This document shows, in pieces, positions 19,351-28,457 of a stretch of 64,000 nucleotides of DNA; the first letter of the stretch is position 1, and each line of letters begins with the position of its first letter. Origin of the DNA: a bacterium (GTDB lineage: Bacteria; UBA8248); NCBI GenBank assembly GCA_965204535.1, contig CBDBEV010000001.1, positions 2,784,001 to 2,848,000 on the forward strand. Reading direction: 5' to 3'. The position numbers and the translations under genes were made by a program. The notes under the pieces were generated by a model. It saw only the letters and a list, made by a program, of their open reading frames with translations. It did no database searches and was not told the origin of the DNA.

Positions 19351-20697
19351 TCACCCCCCACTCCTCATCCACCGCGCGGATTCGGCGAGCCGCTCCTTCG
19401 CCCGGGCGATTTTACCTGAGTCGACGAGCAGTTCTCCGTTCGTTTTCACCTTCTCGCCGGCGATGAAGACGGTATCCACGTTCGAGCGCTCCGCATAGAA
19501 GACGACGGCGCGGGCGGCGTCTCCTGCGGGCGTCATGTTGAGGTCGTCTTTCCGGATGAGGATGAGGTCGGCCTGCTTGCCGGGCGTGACCGAGCCGATT
19601 CTCTCCGCCATGCCCATCGCGTGCGCGTTGTTGATGGTGGCCCACGCGAGCGCGTCGCGCGCCGAAAAAGAAAGAGAGGGCGCGCGGTAGGTGTTCTCAT
19701 CCAGGCGGCGGTTGTCGAATATCCGCTGGACCTGAAGCGCGTGGCGCATGGCGTGGAGCATGTTCCCGCTCACGTAGGTCTCCAGGTCCACGCCGAGAGA
19801 AGGCCTGCCGCCCAGCGCGCTCACGCGCCCGCAGACGGCCTCGCCCCGGTTCGTCTGCATCTCGGCCGAAGGCGTGGCCGTGATAGAGGCGCCCGAGTCG
19901 ATGATGATCTTTAACTCCTCATCGTCCACGTAGTTGCAGTGCACGAGGTTGTGATCGGGGCCGAGAACGCCCTCTGCGGCCAGCGTGTGGTAACCGCCCT
20001 TCACCTTTCTGCTCGCGTCGCCCCAGATGTGCGCGCTCGATAACAGCCCGTATTCCCGCGCTAGGCGCATGTCGTGAAGCGCCACATCCAACGGGGAGTA
20101 GTCGGCGCCCAGAATGGCCATCGCCAGCGTGATGAGCCCATCGTCACCAGCCAGGCGGCCTGTCCGCAGCCGCTTGATCTCGCTCGCCGGATGCGGGATT
20201 TGCGAATAGTGGGGCTCGCCCTCCCTGGGCTTCGGCTTGGGCGTTCCGTGCCCGAAAAGGGCGCGGATGCCGGATTCTTCCAGAGCGTCTATGCCGGCGT
20301 CGGTGTGTTCGGGGGTGGGGTTGTTGTGGCACCAGTCGAACAGCGTCGTGGTGCCCGCTTCCATCTGCGCCCATGCGCCCACCAGCGTCGCGATGTAGAC
20401 GTCCTCGGGCCGGTAGCGCGGGGCGAGGGTCTCATGCGCGATCTCGAAATAGCTGCGCCCGCCCCAGTCGCCGCCCAGGCCGCGAAGCGCGGTTTGCCAG
20501 GTGTGCATGTGGGCGTTGATGAGGCCGGGCAGTAGGATCATGCCGCCGGCGTCGATGGTTTCCGCGTCCGTCTCCGGGATGTTCCCGCCCACCGCGGAAA
20601 TCAGCCCGTTCTCGATTAAGACGTCGCCGCTTTCGATCTCCCCGACCTCGGGGTCCATCGAGAGAATCATCGCGTCTCGGATGAGGATTTTCGTCAT
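19351..20697 (-). CDS. amidohydrolase (Atz/Trz-SAH deaminase-like)
   Basis: PGLINAHMH, DWCH, LGVD, GSVTPGKQADL. Confidence 0.9.
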   Translation of the reverse strand: MTKILIRDAMILSMDPEVGEIESGDVLIENGLISAVGGNIPETDAETIDAGGMILLPGLINAHMHTWQTALRGLGGDWGGRSYFEIAHETLAPRYRPEDVYIATLVGAWAQMEAGTTTLFDWCHNNPTPEHTDAGIDALEESGIRALFGHGTPKPKPREGEPHYSQIPHPASEIKRLRTGRLAGDDGLITLAMAILGADYSPLDVALHDMRLAREYGLLSSAHIWGDASRKVKGGYHTLAAEGVLGPDHNLVHCNYVDDEELKIIIDSGASITATPSAEMQTNRGEAVCGRVSALGGRPSLGVDLETYVSGNMLHAMRHALQVQRIFDNRRLDENTYRAPSLSFSARDALAWATINNAHAMGMAERIGSVTPGKQADLILIRKDDLNMTPAGDAARAVVFYAERSNVDTVFIAGEKVKTNGELLVDSGKIARAKERLAESARWMRSGG

Positions 20698-20787
20698 GCG
20701 CCGCTTCCCGCCTCGGGGAATTCATCCGGTCCGCAGGGCTTTTTCATGGACAGTAATTTTGAGGGTGTTCGGTTTCCGCGCCAAATA

Positions 20788-21003
20788 TCAGATGGCTTTT
20801 ATGGAGTGAAGGGGCAGTGCTTCGGTTTCCAGCGTGGACAGGTCGACTCGCCGCGACGCGTGGTCGATGTCGAAGCCGACCACGCCACCATCGGCGGCGA
20901 TGTCCACATTGAGTCCGTCGGAAACTTCGCGCGTCTCTGTCCCCGGTTCGGTTCTGAACTCGATATAGAGGTTGTCGGTTTCGGGATAATAATGAAGTTT
21001 CAT
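20788..21003 (-). CDS. DUF2283 family putative antitoxin
   Basis: YYPETDNLYIEF..TREV..D...G.VVGFDI. Confidence 0.8.
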   Translation of the reverse strand: MKLHYYPETDNLYIEFRTEPGTETREVSDGLNVDIAADGGVVGFDIDHASRRVDLSTLETEALPLHSIKAI

Positions 21004-21251
21004 GGCACATCCTTTCTGAATCCGCGATCGAAGAAGGCGTTGTGCACGGTTTCTCCGTCAGTAAGCGTAATCACGCGGAGCATTCGTGGAGTGTCTTCCC
21101 CGGATACCGGAATCTCTCCCCAAAAGCGAATACGTCCATCCTGTTGTTCCTCGCGGCGAAGAGGTTCGCTGATGACCTCGGCGCACCATTCGCGCTCGAT
21201 GTATGGTCGCTTGCGCAAAACCTGTTCCTCGAAATATCGTGTCGTTTTCAT
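21000..21251 (-). CDS. putative RelE/BrnT-fold toxin partner of DUF2283
   Basis: RIRFWG..LRVITLTDGETVHNAFFDR; overlaps the DUF2283 gene. Confidence 0.65.
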   Translation of the reverse strand: MKTTRYFEEQVLRKRPYIEREWCAEVISEPLRREEQQDGRIRFWGEIPVSGEDTPRMLRVITLTDGETVHNAFFDRGFRKDVP

Positions 21252-21422
21252 GCGCTGTTGCCGAATATCACTTCCAATTTACTTTCTTTTTGTTTTCTTT
21301 GCACGGGAATCGGGATGATGGATGAGATTTTGCGACAGCACCCGACACTGTCCCGAGCCACACGGCGTCTTGTAGCAGATAATGTCTCCGTCTGCCAGAA
21401 ACGACGCATACCGAAGTGTTCA

Positions 21423-21501
21423 GGGTCCATCGAGAGAACCGTCGCGTTTCGGATGAGGGTTTTCGTCATGCCCCGCTTCCCGCCTCGGGGAATTCATCCG
21501 G
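21423..21501. repeat. 79-bp direct repeat of 20651-20729 (AhpD-like 3' end plus amidohydrolase 5' end)
   Basis: direct alignment; brackets the TA pair. Confidence 0.85.
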
Positions 21502-22116
21502 CCAGTCGGCGAGCAGCGCTTCGAGATAGGCCTTCAGGTCGTCGGGATTCTTGCGGCGGATCTTGTTCCTGTCGATCTCATCTTGCGCCTCGATGGGGAT
21601 TCCCAGCGCGTCGTTGAACTTGTTCCTCATGTTGAAATAGGTGATGACCATGGTGAGTTCCACGATTTCCGTGTCCGTGAAATGCTTTTTCACTTCGGCG
21701 AAGACGTCGTCCCGCTCCCTCGCCGTGTTTAGAGTCACGTGTTCCGCCCAGAGCAGGACGGTGCGCTCTTTCTCTGTGAAAGGGCTGTAATCGCCCTCGC
21801 TGATGGCGGCTATATCCGTCTCCGTGATGCCCACCGATTGACCAACCGGCGTGTTGTGCGCCAGTCAGTAGGCGCAGTTGTTGAGCCGGCTGGTGTTGAT
21901 GATGGCGAGCTCCTTCGTCTTCGTGTCGAGGGCCGAACCGAGGCCCTGGCGCAGGAGTGAGGAGGTGAGCGGCAGCATGAACTTCGTGATGAACGGCTGG
22001 TTCGCCATCACGCGCCAGGCGTTGGGGATTCGGTTCAGCAGGACGCTCGCGTGGTCGAAGAGGTGGTTCACGACGGGGTCGTCGGCGCCTGATTCAAGCA
22101 TGGGTATGCGGGACAC
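21466..22116 (-). CDS. AhpD/carboxymuconolactone decarboxylase-like selenoprotein (CxxU), 216 aa
   Basis: ORFs ending at 21865 and 21466 are one frame: KELAIINTSRLNNC-A-Y-TGA-L-A-H; AAAGGAG RBS before GTG at 22116. Confidence 0.85.
21832..21851 (-). promoter_or_regulatory. bacterial SECIS-like hairpin
   Basis: CGCCGGUU-GGUC-AAUCGGUG; G-led loop starts 22 nt after the UGA. Confidence 0.75.
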
Positions 22117-22325
22117 GGCTTTGCTCCTTTCGGGATTCGGGTTTCTTGAGAATGTCCCATTCTCCGATGAAACGCGGATTTTTGGAACCGCGGGGGCCTT
22201 CAGGCCGCTGCTCGCGTTGGGTGCCTTTCTTTGGCGGCAGTTGTGCAGGGAGGTGGTTTGGTGAAGAATAGAAACTGTCAGCGCCTTTTGATTCTCACTA
22301 TTGTGCCGTGTCCAAGGAATGTGCG

Positions 22326-22508
22326 ATGTCCGATACGCTAATCGAGAGAAACCCGGATATCCTAGGCGGGACGCCCGTTTTCGCAGGCACCAGGGTTCCC
22401 GTGCGCACCCTGATGGAGCATCTCGAAGCAGGCGACAGGCTCGACGATTTTCTGGAAGACTTCCCGACGGTGTCGCGAGAGCAGGCACTCGAAGCGCTCG
22501 AACGCTAA
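22326..22508 (+). CDS. DUF433 antitoxin, orphan (PIN-like partner absent)
   Basis: PDILGGTPVFAGTRVPV..L.AG..DDFLEDFP. Confidence 0.8.
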   Translation: MSDTLIERNPDILGGTPVFAGTRVPVRTLMEHLEAGDRLDDFLEDFPTVSREQALEALER

Positions 22509-22715
22509 TCCGGCGCTTCCCGTCATCATCATGATCGCTCGCCGGAACCGGCTGCGGAAATTGCAACAGGGGCTGTTGAAAATCCTGATTTCGTGATTCG
22601 GCGTATGGAGCTAACCGAGAAGAGTGGAAAACCTCATTTGCTACTTCTTCGATCGCATTTAACCTTTGAGGGTTATGGCCGACTCACAAGAAAGGGAATT
22701 CACTCCCCCCTTGAG

Positions 22716-24231
22716 GGGCCTGTTGAAAAACCCCTGGTTTTGTGATCGTATGGATGTATTCCCCCTCGCCCGAGATGGGAGTTCCGGAGATGTTGGACCG
22801 CAAGAGGCGCGAGCAGATGGACTTGTTCGTGGCCGGCCCGCTGGAGAAGTTGATTCCCGAAGATCACATATTGCGCCAGGTGGACCGCGTACTGGATTTG
22901 AGTTGGCTTCGCGAGGAAGTGGCGGAGTGCTATTGCGCGGACAACGGTCGACCGGGGATCGACCCGGAAGTGGTGATCCGGTTGATGCTGGCGGGCCTGC
23001 TGCTGGGCTACGCGGAGGACCGCCGCCTGCTGCGCGAGGCGCAGGCGCACCTGGCGATCCGGTGGTTCATCGGGTACAGGCTGGACGAGGATTTGCCGGA
23101 TCATTCGAGCCTGACGCGTATCCGTCAACGCTGGGGGGAGGAGCGGTTCAAGGAGATATTTCGGCGCACGGTTCAGTCTTGCGTGGAGGCGAAGGTGGCG
23201 AAGGGAGAAGTGGTTCACATGGACGCGTCTTTGATACGCGCGGACGTGAGCTGGGAGAGTCTGGCGGAGCGCCACGCGGAGAAGGTGGTGCGGGAGAACG
23301 ACTCGGAGGATGAGGGCGGGAAGAAGGGCGGCGGCGGGGGTTCGGGTCCGGTGAGCCGAACGGACCCCGACGCGCGCCTGGCGCGCAAGAGCGCTCGGGC
23401 GGGGTTCGAGCCGAGCTACAAGCACCACGCGGTGGTGGACGATGAGCGTGGGGTGGTTCTCGACGTAGAGGTGACGGAGGGGACGTTGAACGAGCGGGAG
23501 ATGATGGAGCCGCAGTTGGATGCGGTTTGCGAGCTCACGGGTCGCGCGCCCGCGGTGGTGACGGCGGATAGTGGTTATGCGTATTCGAAGGTGTACGGCG
23601 CATTGGAGCGTCGGGGGGTCGCCGCGCTGATACCGGCGAAGAAGGAACCCACCCAGAGCCGGGTGCCGTTGCAACTGTTCCGCTACGACGAGCGGAATGA
23701 GGTGGTGAAGTGTCCGGGGGGCAAGACGCTGCGCCCCCGGAAGGAGACGGAGCGGGGGCGCTGGTATGTATCGAGGACCCGCGATTGCGCGGGGTGCGCG
23801 CTCAAGGCCGATTGTCTGTCGGCGTCTCGCACGAGCAGGGCGGTTCTGATTCCGCACGAGTATCCGGCGCTGTTGCGCGCGCGCCGTCGCCACGCGCGCC
23901 GTGGGGAGGAGGAGGGTCGGCTGTGGCGGCGCCACATGGGTCGCTCGGAGGGCTATCACGGCGAGGCGAAGAGTCGGCACGGACTGGCGCGGGCGGTACG
24001 CCGGGGTCTTGCGAACGTGAAGATCCAGGCCTACCTGACGGCGACTGCGGTGAACCTCAAGCGGCTCGCCGCCGCTGTGGCCGCGGGTTTATTCGCTCTG
24101 TGGCGGGCCTGGGCCGCCCGGAAACGCCGAATGAGCGCATATCGCGGCCTCACGCGCCGATTGGGCTTCCTCTCCCAGGCCGCGTGAGCCGCCATACATC
24201 CCGCTTCAAAACGGGGTTTTTCAACAGCCCC
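22716..24231 (+). mobile_element. IS1182-family element A, intact (1516 bp)
   Basis: terminal IRs GGGCCTGTTGAAAAACCCC / GGGGTTTTTCAACAGCCCC around a transposase. Confidence 0.9.
22790..24187 (+). CDS. IS1182-family transposase
   Basis: IPEDH.LR, GRPGIDP, PDHSSL, TDPDA, ADSGY, C..C..C, EG..GEAK..HGL.R. Confidence 0.9.
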   Translation: MLDRKRREQMDLFVAGPLEKLIPEDHILRQVDRVLDLSWLREEVAECYCADNGRPGIDPEVVIRLMLAGLLLGYAEDRRLLREAQAHLAIRWFIGYRLDEDLPDHSSLTRIRQRWGEERFKEIFRRTVQSCVEAKVAKGEVVHMDASLIRADVSWESLAERHAEKVVRENDSEDEGGKKGGGGGSGPVSRTDPDARLARKSARAGFEPSYKHHAVVDDERGVVLDVEVTEGTLNEREMMEPQLDAVCELTGRAPAVVTADSGYAYSKVYGALERRGVAALIPAKKEPTQSRVPLQLFRYDERNEVVKCPGGKTLRPRKETERGRWYVSRTRDCAGCALKADCLSASRTSRAVLIPHEYPALLRARRRHARRGEEEGRLWRRHMGRSEGYHGEAKSRHGLARAVRRGLANVKIQAYLTATAVNLKRLAAAVAAGLFALWRAWAARKRRMSAYRGLTRRLGFLSQAA

Positions 24232-24500
24232 CTCAAGGGGGGAGTGATTGTAAAGCACACGATAAGGAGGGGAGCGATGTCTCCTCCCGCCTTGGTCGGA
24301 AATAATGCCGGAATGACAGCAATCCCGGTATTGTAGGCTTTTTCAACAGCCCAACCCCTCGTCCCCGAAGTAGTCGAAATCCTGTCCGTAAACCTGCAAA
24401 GCCGCATCTGCCGCGTTCCGGCCTGAACCGGGCCGCAACTTGCGCCGCGAAGGGCACGGGTGGGAAGATGCGCCCGTTTTGAATCGACACCCTGAGAAAG

Positions 24501-25619
24501 GTGAGTTTCGTGAACGCAACGAACGAGACGAGAAGGCCCATCGGCTTGGCGGTGGTGGGATGCGGCAAGATCGGACGCATCCGCGCGGAGTTCGCGCGCC
24601 AGAACGCGGCGGTCGAATGGATCGGTCTGTGCGACATCGACGAGAAGGTGGGAAGAAAACTGGCCGAAGACGTGTCCGCCGATTTTTTCACCACGGACTA
24701 CCGCGAACTCCTGAAGCGCGATGAGGTGAACGCGACCGTCCTGGCCACCTACGCGAACGAGCGGCTCGAACCCATCCTCATCGGCGTCGAGCGCGGCCAC
24801 CGGATGCTGATCGAAAAACCCCTGGCGGTGGACGCCGGTGTATCCCAAAAGCTGGCGCGCGCCATCGACGAGGCGGGCGTCGACGCCGTCCTGGGCTACA
24901 CGCAGCGGTTTCGACGCCGTTTTCTGGTGGCGAAGGAGAAGATTCGCTCGGGCGAGTTGGGCGACGTCTCATCCGTGACGGGCCGCGCCTTCCTGAATCG
25001 CATGAACCCGGTGGCGAATTCCACCAAAACCGAGTTCCCGACGAAATTCACCCCCATGGTCATCTCCGGCACCCACAGCGTGGATCTGTGCTCCTGGCTT
25101 CTGGAGGGCCACCGCCCGGTCGAGGTGTACGCCCGCTCGGTGGACAAGGCGATGGCGCCCTACCTCACGAAGGATTCCACGTTCGCCATCGTCACCTATG
25201 AGGACGGGACGATATGGAGCATGAACGTGAGCTGGGCGCTGCCGCGCGTCTGGCCGGCGGAGGTCTATTCGCTCGAACTGGGTATCGTGGGGACAGGCGG
25301 CGTGCTCACGATTGACGACACGCACCGCGACATCGTCTTCGCCACCTCGGAGCCACACGAATCAGCACGCCTGAGAGAAGAGCGCAACGTGAGTTTTTTG
25401 ACCAGCTATCCGCCCGGCGATCTGGTGTTCGACCAACTCTGGGGCCCCATGCGCGAGGAGACGCGCTCGTGGTTCGACAGGATTTATCTGGGCGTCCCCA
25501 CGCCGCACACCACCGCGCGCGAGGCGCACGAGAACCTCATGCTGTGCCTGGCGATGGACCATTCGGCCAAGACCGGACGGGCGGTGCCGCTTCCGGTTGC
25601 GCCCGAGGATTTTGAATAA
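24501..25619 (+). CDS. Gfo/Idh/MocA oxidoreductase
   Basis: VVGCGKIG, EKPLA, GYTQRF, GTHSVD. Confidence 0.9.
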   Translation: MSFVNATNETRRPIGLAVVGCGKIGRIRAEFARQNAAVEWIGLCDIDEKVGRKLAEDVSADFFTTDYRELLKRDEVNATVLATYANERLEPILIGVERGHRMLIEKPLAVDAGVSQKLARAIDEAGVDAVLGYTQRFRRRFLVAKEKIRSGELGDVSSVTGRAFLNRMNPVANSTKTEFPTKFTPMVISGTHSVDLCSWLLEGHRPVEVYARSVDKAMAPYLTKDSTFAIVTYEDGTIWSMNVSWALPRVWPAEVYSLELGIVGTGGVLTIDDTHRDIVFATSEPHESARLREERNVSFLTSYPPGDLVFDQLWGPMREETRSWFDRIYLGVPTPHTTAREAHENLMLCLAMDHSAKTGRAVPLPVAPEDFE

Positions 25620-25718
25620 GGTGAATCTTCGCTACTTGGCGTTGCGCCTGCTGCAAGCGACGCCGGATGAGATTCCGGCGCGTTTTTACATGTCTTGATA
25701 ATTTCACGGGAGAGGGTA

Positions 25719-26849
25719 ATGGCGGTTTCGGGAGGCGAGAGGAATCCGATTGGACTGGCCGTGGTCGGCTGCGGGCGGGTGGGGCGCATCCGCGCGCGCT
25801 GCGCCAGGGAGTATCCGGGAACGGAGTGGCTCGGCTGCTGCGACATCGACGAGAAAAAGGGCCGGGCGATGGCCGGGGAGTTCGATGCCGATTTTTTCAC
25901 GACGGATTTCGCCGAACTCATACAGCGGCCCGAAGTGAACGCCGTCATCATCGCCACGGATGAGGAATGGCACGCGAAACCGCTCTGGGAGGCGATAGCG
26001 CAGGGCCACAGGATTCTGGTGGAAAAACCGCTGGCGACGAACGTGGTGGAATCGGCGAAAATCGTGGAGGCCGCCGAAGCGGCGGACGCCGAGCTACTGG
26101 TGGGCTACACCCAGCGCTTCAGGAGGCGCTGGCTCACGGCGCGCGAGCACGTGCAATCGGGCGTACTGGGCGAGGTCACCTCCGCCACGACGCGCGCGCT
26201 GCTGAACCGCCAGGTCGGCATCACGCGGCTGGCGAAAAACGAGGATCGCTCGATGTTGACGCCCATGGTGATATCCGGCACCCATGCGCTGGATGTGATG
26301 CTGTTCGTGATGGGGCCGGAAAAGCAGCCCGTGGAAGTCGTCTCGCGCTCGATATCGCGCGTGATGACGGGCATCGGCACGCAGGACGCCACCTTCAGCA
26401 TCTTCACCTTCGACGACGGGACCATCTGGAGCATGGAGTGCAACTGGGGGATGCCCACCATCTGGCCCGCCTCGACATACGGCGTCACCATCAGCGTGGT
26501 GGGCACCGAGGGCGCGCTCACCATCGACGACACCCATGCCGATTTCATCATGGCGTCCGAAAACCCGCTCGCCTCTCACCGGGGGGAGGAGCGCCACGTG
26601 CACCTGCTCGAGAGCTACCCGGCGGGCGATATGTCAAAGGGGCAGTTCTGGGGGCCGATGCGCGATGAGTCCATCGCCTGGCTATCGCACCTCTACACGG
26701 GCGTCGACATGCCCCACGCCACAGGGGCGGAGGGGCACCGTAACCTCATGCTCTGCATGGCGTGCGACTTATCCGCCAAGCGCAAGGAAGTCGTGAAGCT
26801 GCCCATTGATCCCGAGGAGCTGCACGCAGGGTTAAAAGCGAATAATTAG
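25719..26849 (+). CDS. Gfo/Idh/MocA oxidoreductase (tandem paralog)
   Basis: VVGCGRVG, EKPLA, GTHALD. Confidence 0.9.
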   Translation: MAVSGGERNPIGLAVVGCGRVGRIRARCAREYPGTEWLGCCDIDEKKGRAMAGEFDADFFTTDFAELIQRPEVNAVIIATDEEWHAKPLWEAIAQGHRILVEKPLATNVVESAKIVEAAEAADAELLVGYTQRFRRRWLTAREHVQSGVLGEVTSATTRALLNRQVGITRLAKNEDRSMLTPMVISGTHALDVMLFVMGPEKQPVEVVSRSISRVMTGIGTQDATFSIFTFDDGTIWSMECNWGMPTIWPASTYGVTISVVGTEGALTIDDTHADFIMASENPLASHRGEERHVHLLESYPAGDMSKGQFWGPMRDESIAWLSHLYTGVDMPHATGAEGHRNLMLCMACDLSAKRKEVVKLPIDPEELHAGLKANN

Positions 26850-27196
26850 TCCATCGTCGCCGTCGGAGGCGGCCAACCCTCGGATTTGTTCTTGAACGAG
26901 AGGTAGATGAACTCGCCGTCTCCATCGTTCTTGAACTCGTGCTCGGTTCCCTCGGGGATGTGGATGATGTCGCCCGCCGTGACGGTCTTTGCCTCATCCC
27001 CCACCCGGAACCAGGCCGTTCCCTCGACGACGTTGATGAGTTGTTCGCAATCGTGCGTGTGCGGGCGGGCCAGTTTGCCCGGCTGGCTCACCGAACGGTT
27101 GAGCGTTACGTGTTCGCCGATGATGATGCTGCCCTCTGAATCGGACGGTCTCGCCAGGTTTTTTCGCTTCATCTCGTCCCAACGGTAAAACGGCAT
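26846..27196 (-). CDS. cupin domain protein
   Basis: PHTHDCEQ..GD..HIP.G.EH. Confidence 0.85.
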   Translation of the reverse strand: MPFYRWDEMKRKNLARPSDSEGSIIIGEHVTLNRSVSQPGKLARPHTHDCEQLINVVEGTAWFRVGDEAKTVTAGDIIHIPEGTEHEFKNDGDGEFIYLSFKNKSEGWPPPTATMD

Positions 27197-27449
27197 GTTT
27201 CTGCTCCTTGTCGAAGAAAACGGTTTATCGGCTGGTTCCAGATCGAGAGACGAAAACGCGCGCACGACGCCCAAGTTTCATTGACAGCGAAACGCTCCCG
27301 TCTGTAAGATTCAGGCCCAAGCATACAGAAAAGAGCGCTCGTTGAGAACGCGGCGAGAGGGTTCGTTCTCACTGGAGTGTCTCTCGATGAATGGCTGCAC
27401 TTTGAAGCATCTCGTCGAAGTTTTACATCACCTGATAGGGAGAAAAAAA

Positions 27450-28433
27450 ATGAAGAGAATCGTCATGTTGTTCGCAGTTCTGGCCCTGACCCTGCCGTTT
27501 CTGACGGTGGGCGACGCCTACGCCGCGCCCGCGAAATACGACGTTGCGGTCGGCAGTCTGGGCGGCACGATGGGCAGGCTGGGCGCTGGTCTCAGCGAAA
27601 TCGTCAACAGGAAACAGAAAAAGGTCATCCTCAGCGTGGTTCCCGGCGGCGGTCGCGCGAACCCGGCGCGCGTGGGAGGAGGGGGTGCTGATTTCGGCTA
27701 TACCTTCTCGAACTTCGCCGGCGCCGCGATGGCCGGAACTACCCCCTTCAAGAAGTCCTACAAGAGCCTCCGGGGCATCGCCAGCTTCTGGCCTTCGTGC
27801 TACCACCAGTACGCCGCGAAGGAACTCTATGACGGGGGCGTAAAGACCTGGGGCGACATCATCAAGTCGAAAACGCCGCTCAAGGTCGGTGTGGCCAAGA
27901 AGGGAACCAGCACGGAGTACGTGGGGAGCCTGATCGTCAAGCACTACAAGACGAGCTACAAGCAGCTCAGGGAGCGCGGCTACAAGCTCAACTTCGCGGG
28001 CGTGAACGGCATGTCGCGCGCGATCAAAGCCCGCCAGCTCGATTTCTACTTCCACAATTCAGGCGACCCCAACGGCGCCGGCATCCAGGCGGCCCTGGGC
28101 CGGAACCTCGTGTTCCTGGATATGTCCGATGACGTGAAAAAAATGCTGGCAGGCCACGGCTTCACGTCCTGCCAGATTCCCGGCGGCATGTACAGGGGCA
28201 ATCCCAAGCCCAAAGATTCGATGGGCCTTTTCGGCGTCCTGCTCACAACGACCAAGATGAGCGCCGACGTGGTTTATTCGATCCTCAAGATAGCGAGTCG
28301 GGAGAGGAAGTTCCTCGGCGGCGTCCACAAGATCTACAAGCGATGGGATCCCAAGAAAGCCGGCATGCATCTCGGAGTGCCGTTGCATGATGGCGCCAAG
28401 CGCTTCTACAAGGAAATCGGGGGTTCGATGTAA
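27450..28433 (+). CDS. TAXI-family TRAP solute receptor
   Basis: signal peptide, GSLGG, PGGG.AN, PLHDGAKRFYKE. Confidence 0.9.
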   Translation: MKRIVMLFAVLALTLPFLTVGDAYAAPAKYDVAVGSLGGTMGRLGAGLSEIVNRKQKKVILSVVPGGGRANPARVGGGGADFGYTFSNFAGAAMAGTTPFKKSYKSLRGIASFWPSCYHQYAAKELYDGGVKTWGDIIKSKTPLKVGVAKKGTSTEYVGSLIVKHYKTSYKQLRERGYKLNFAGVNGMSRAIKARQLDFYFHNSGDPNGAGIQAALGRNLVFLDMSDDVKKMLAGHGFTSCQIPGGMYRGNPKPKDSMGLFGVLLTTTKMSADVVYSILKIASRERKFLGGVHKIYKRWDPKKAGMHLGVPLHDGAKRFYKEIGGSM

Positions 28434-28457
28434 CCATCCCGTCGAAGAGGCGAGAGC

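Larger units (their letters stand above)
22569..24352. mobile_element. outer MITE shell enclosing palindrome arms and an IS1182
   Basis: GGGGCTGTTGAAAATCCTGATTTCGTGATTCGG ... GGCTTTTTCAACAGCCC; same end seen at ~52010-52054 and ~58450-58492. Confidence 0.55.

Noticed and set aside
21248-21469. 73-aa ORF MTKTLIRNAT as a real gene
   Set aside because: It is the duplicated amidohydrolase start reading into unrelated cargo DNA.
21865-21867. Nonsense mutation (pseudogene) or two separate genes
   Set aside because: The stop is UGA at the catalytic Cys position, the frame continues, and a SECIS-like hairpin follows.
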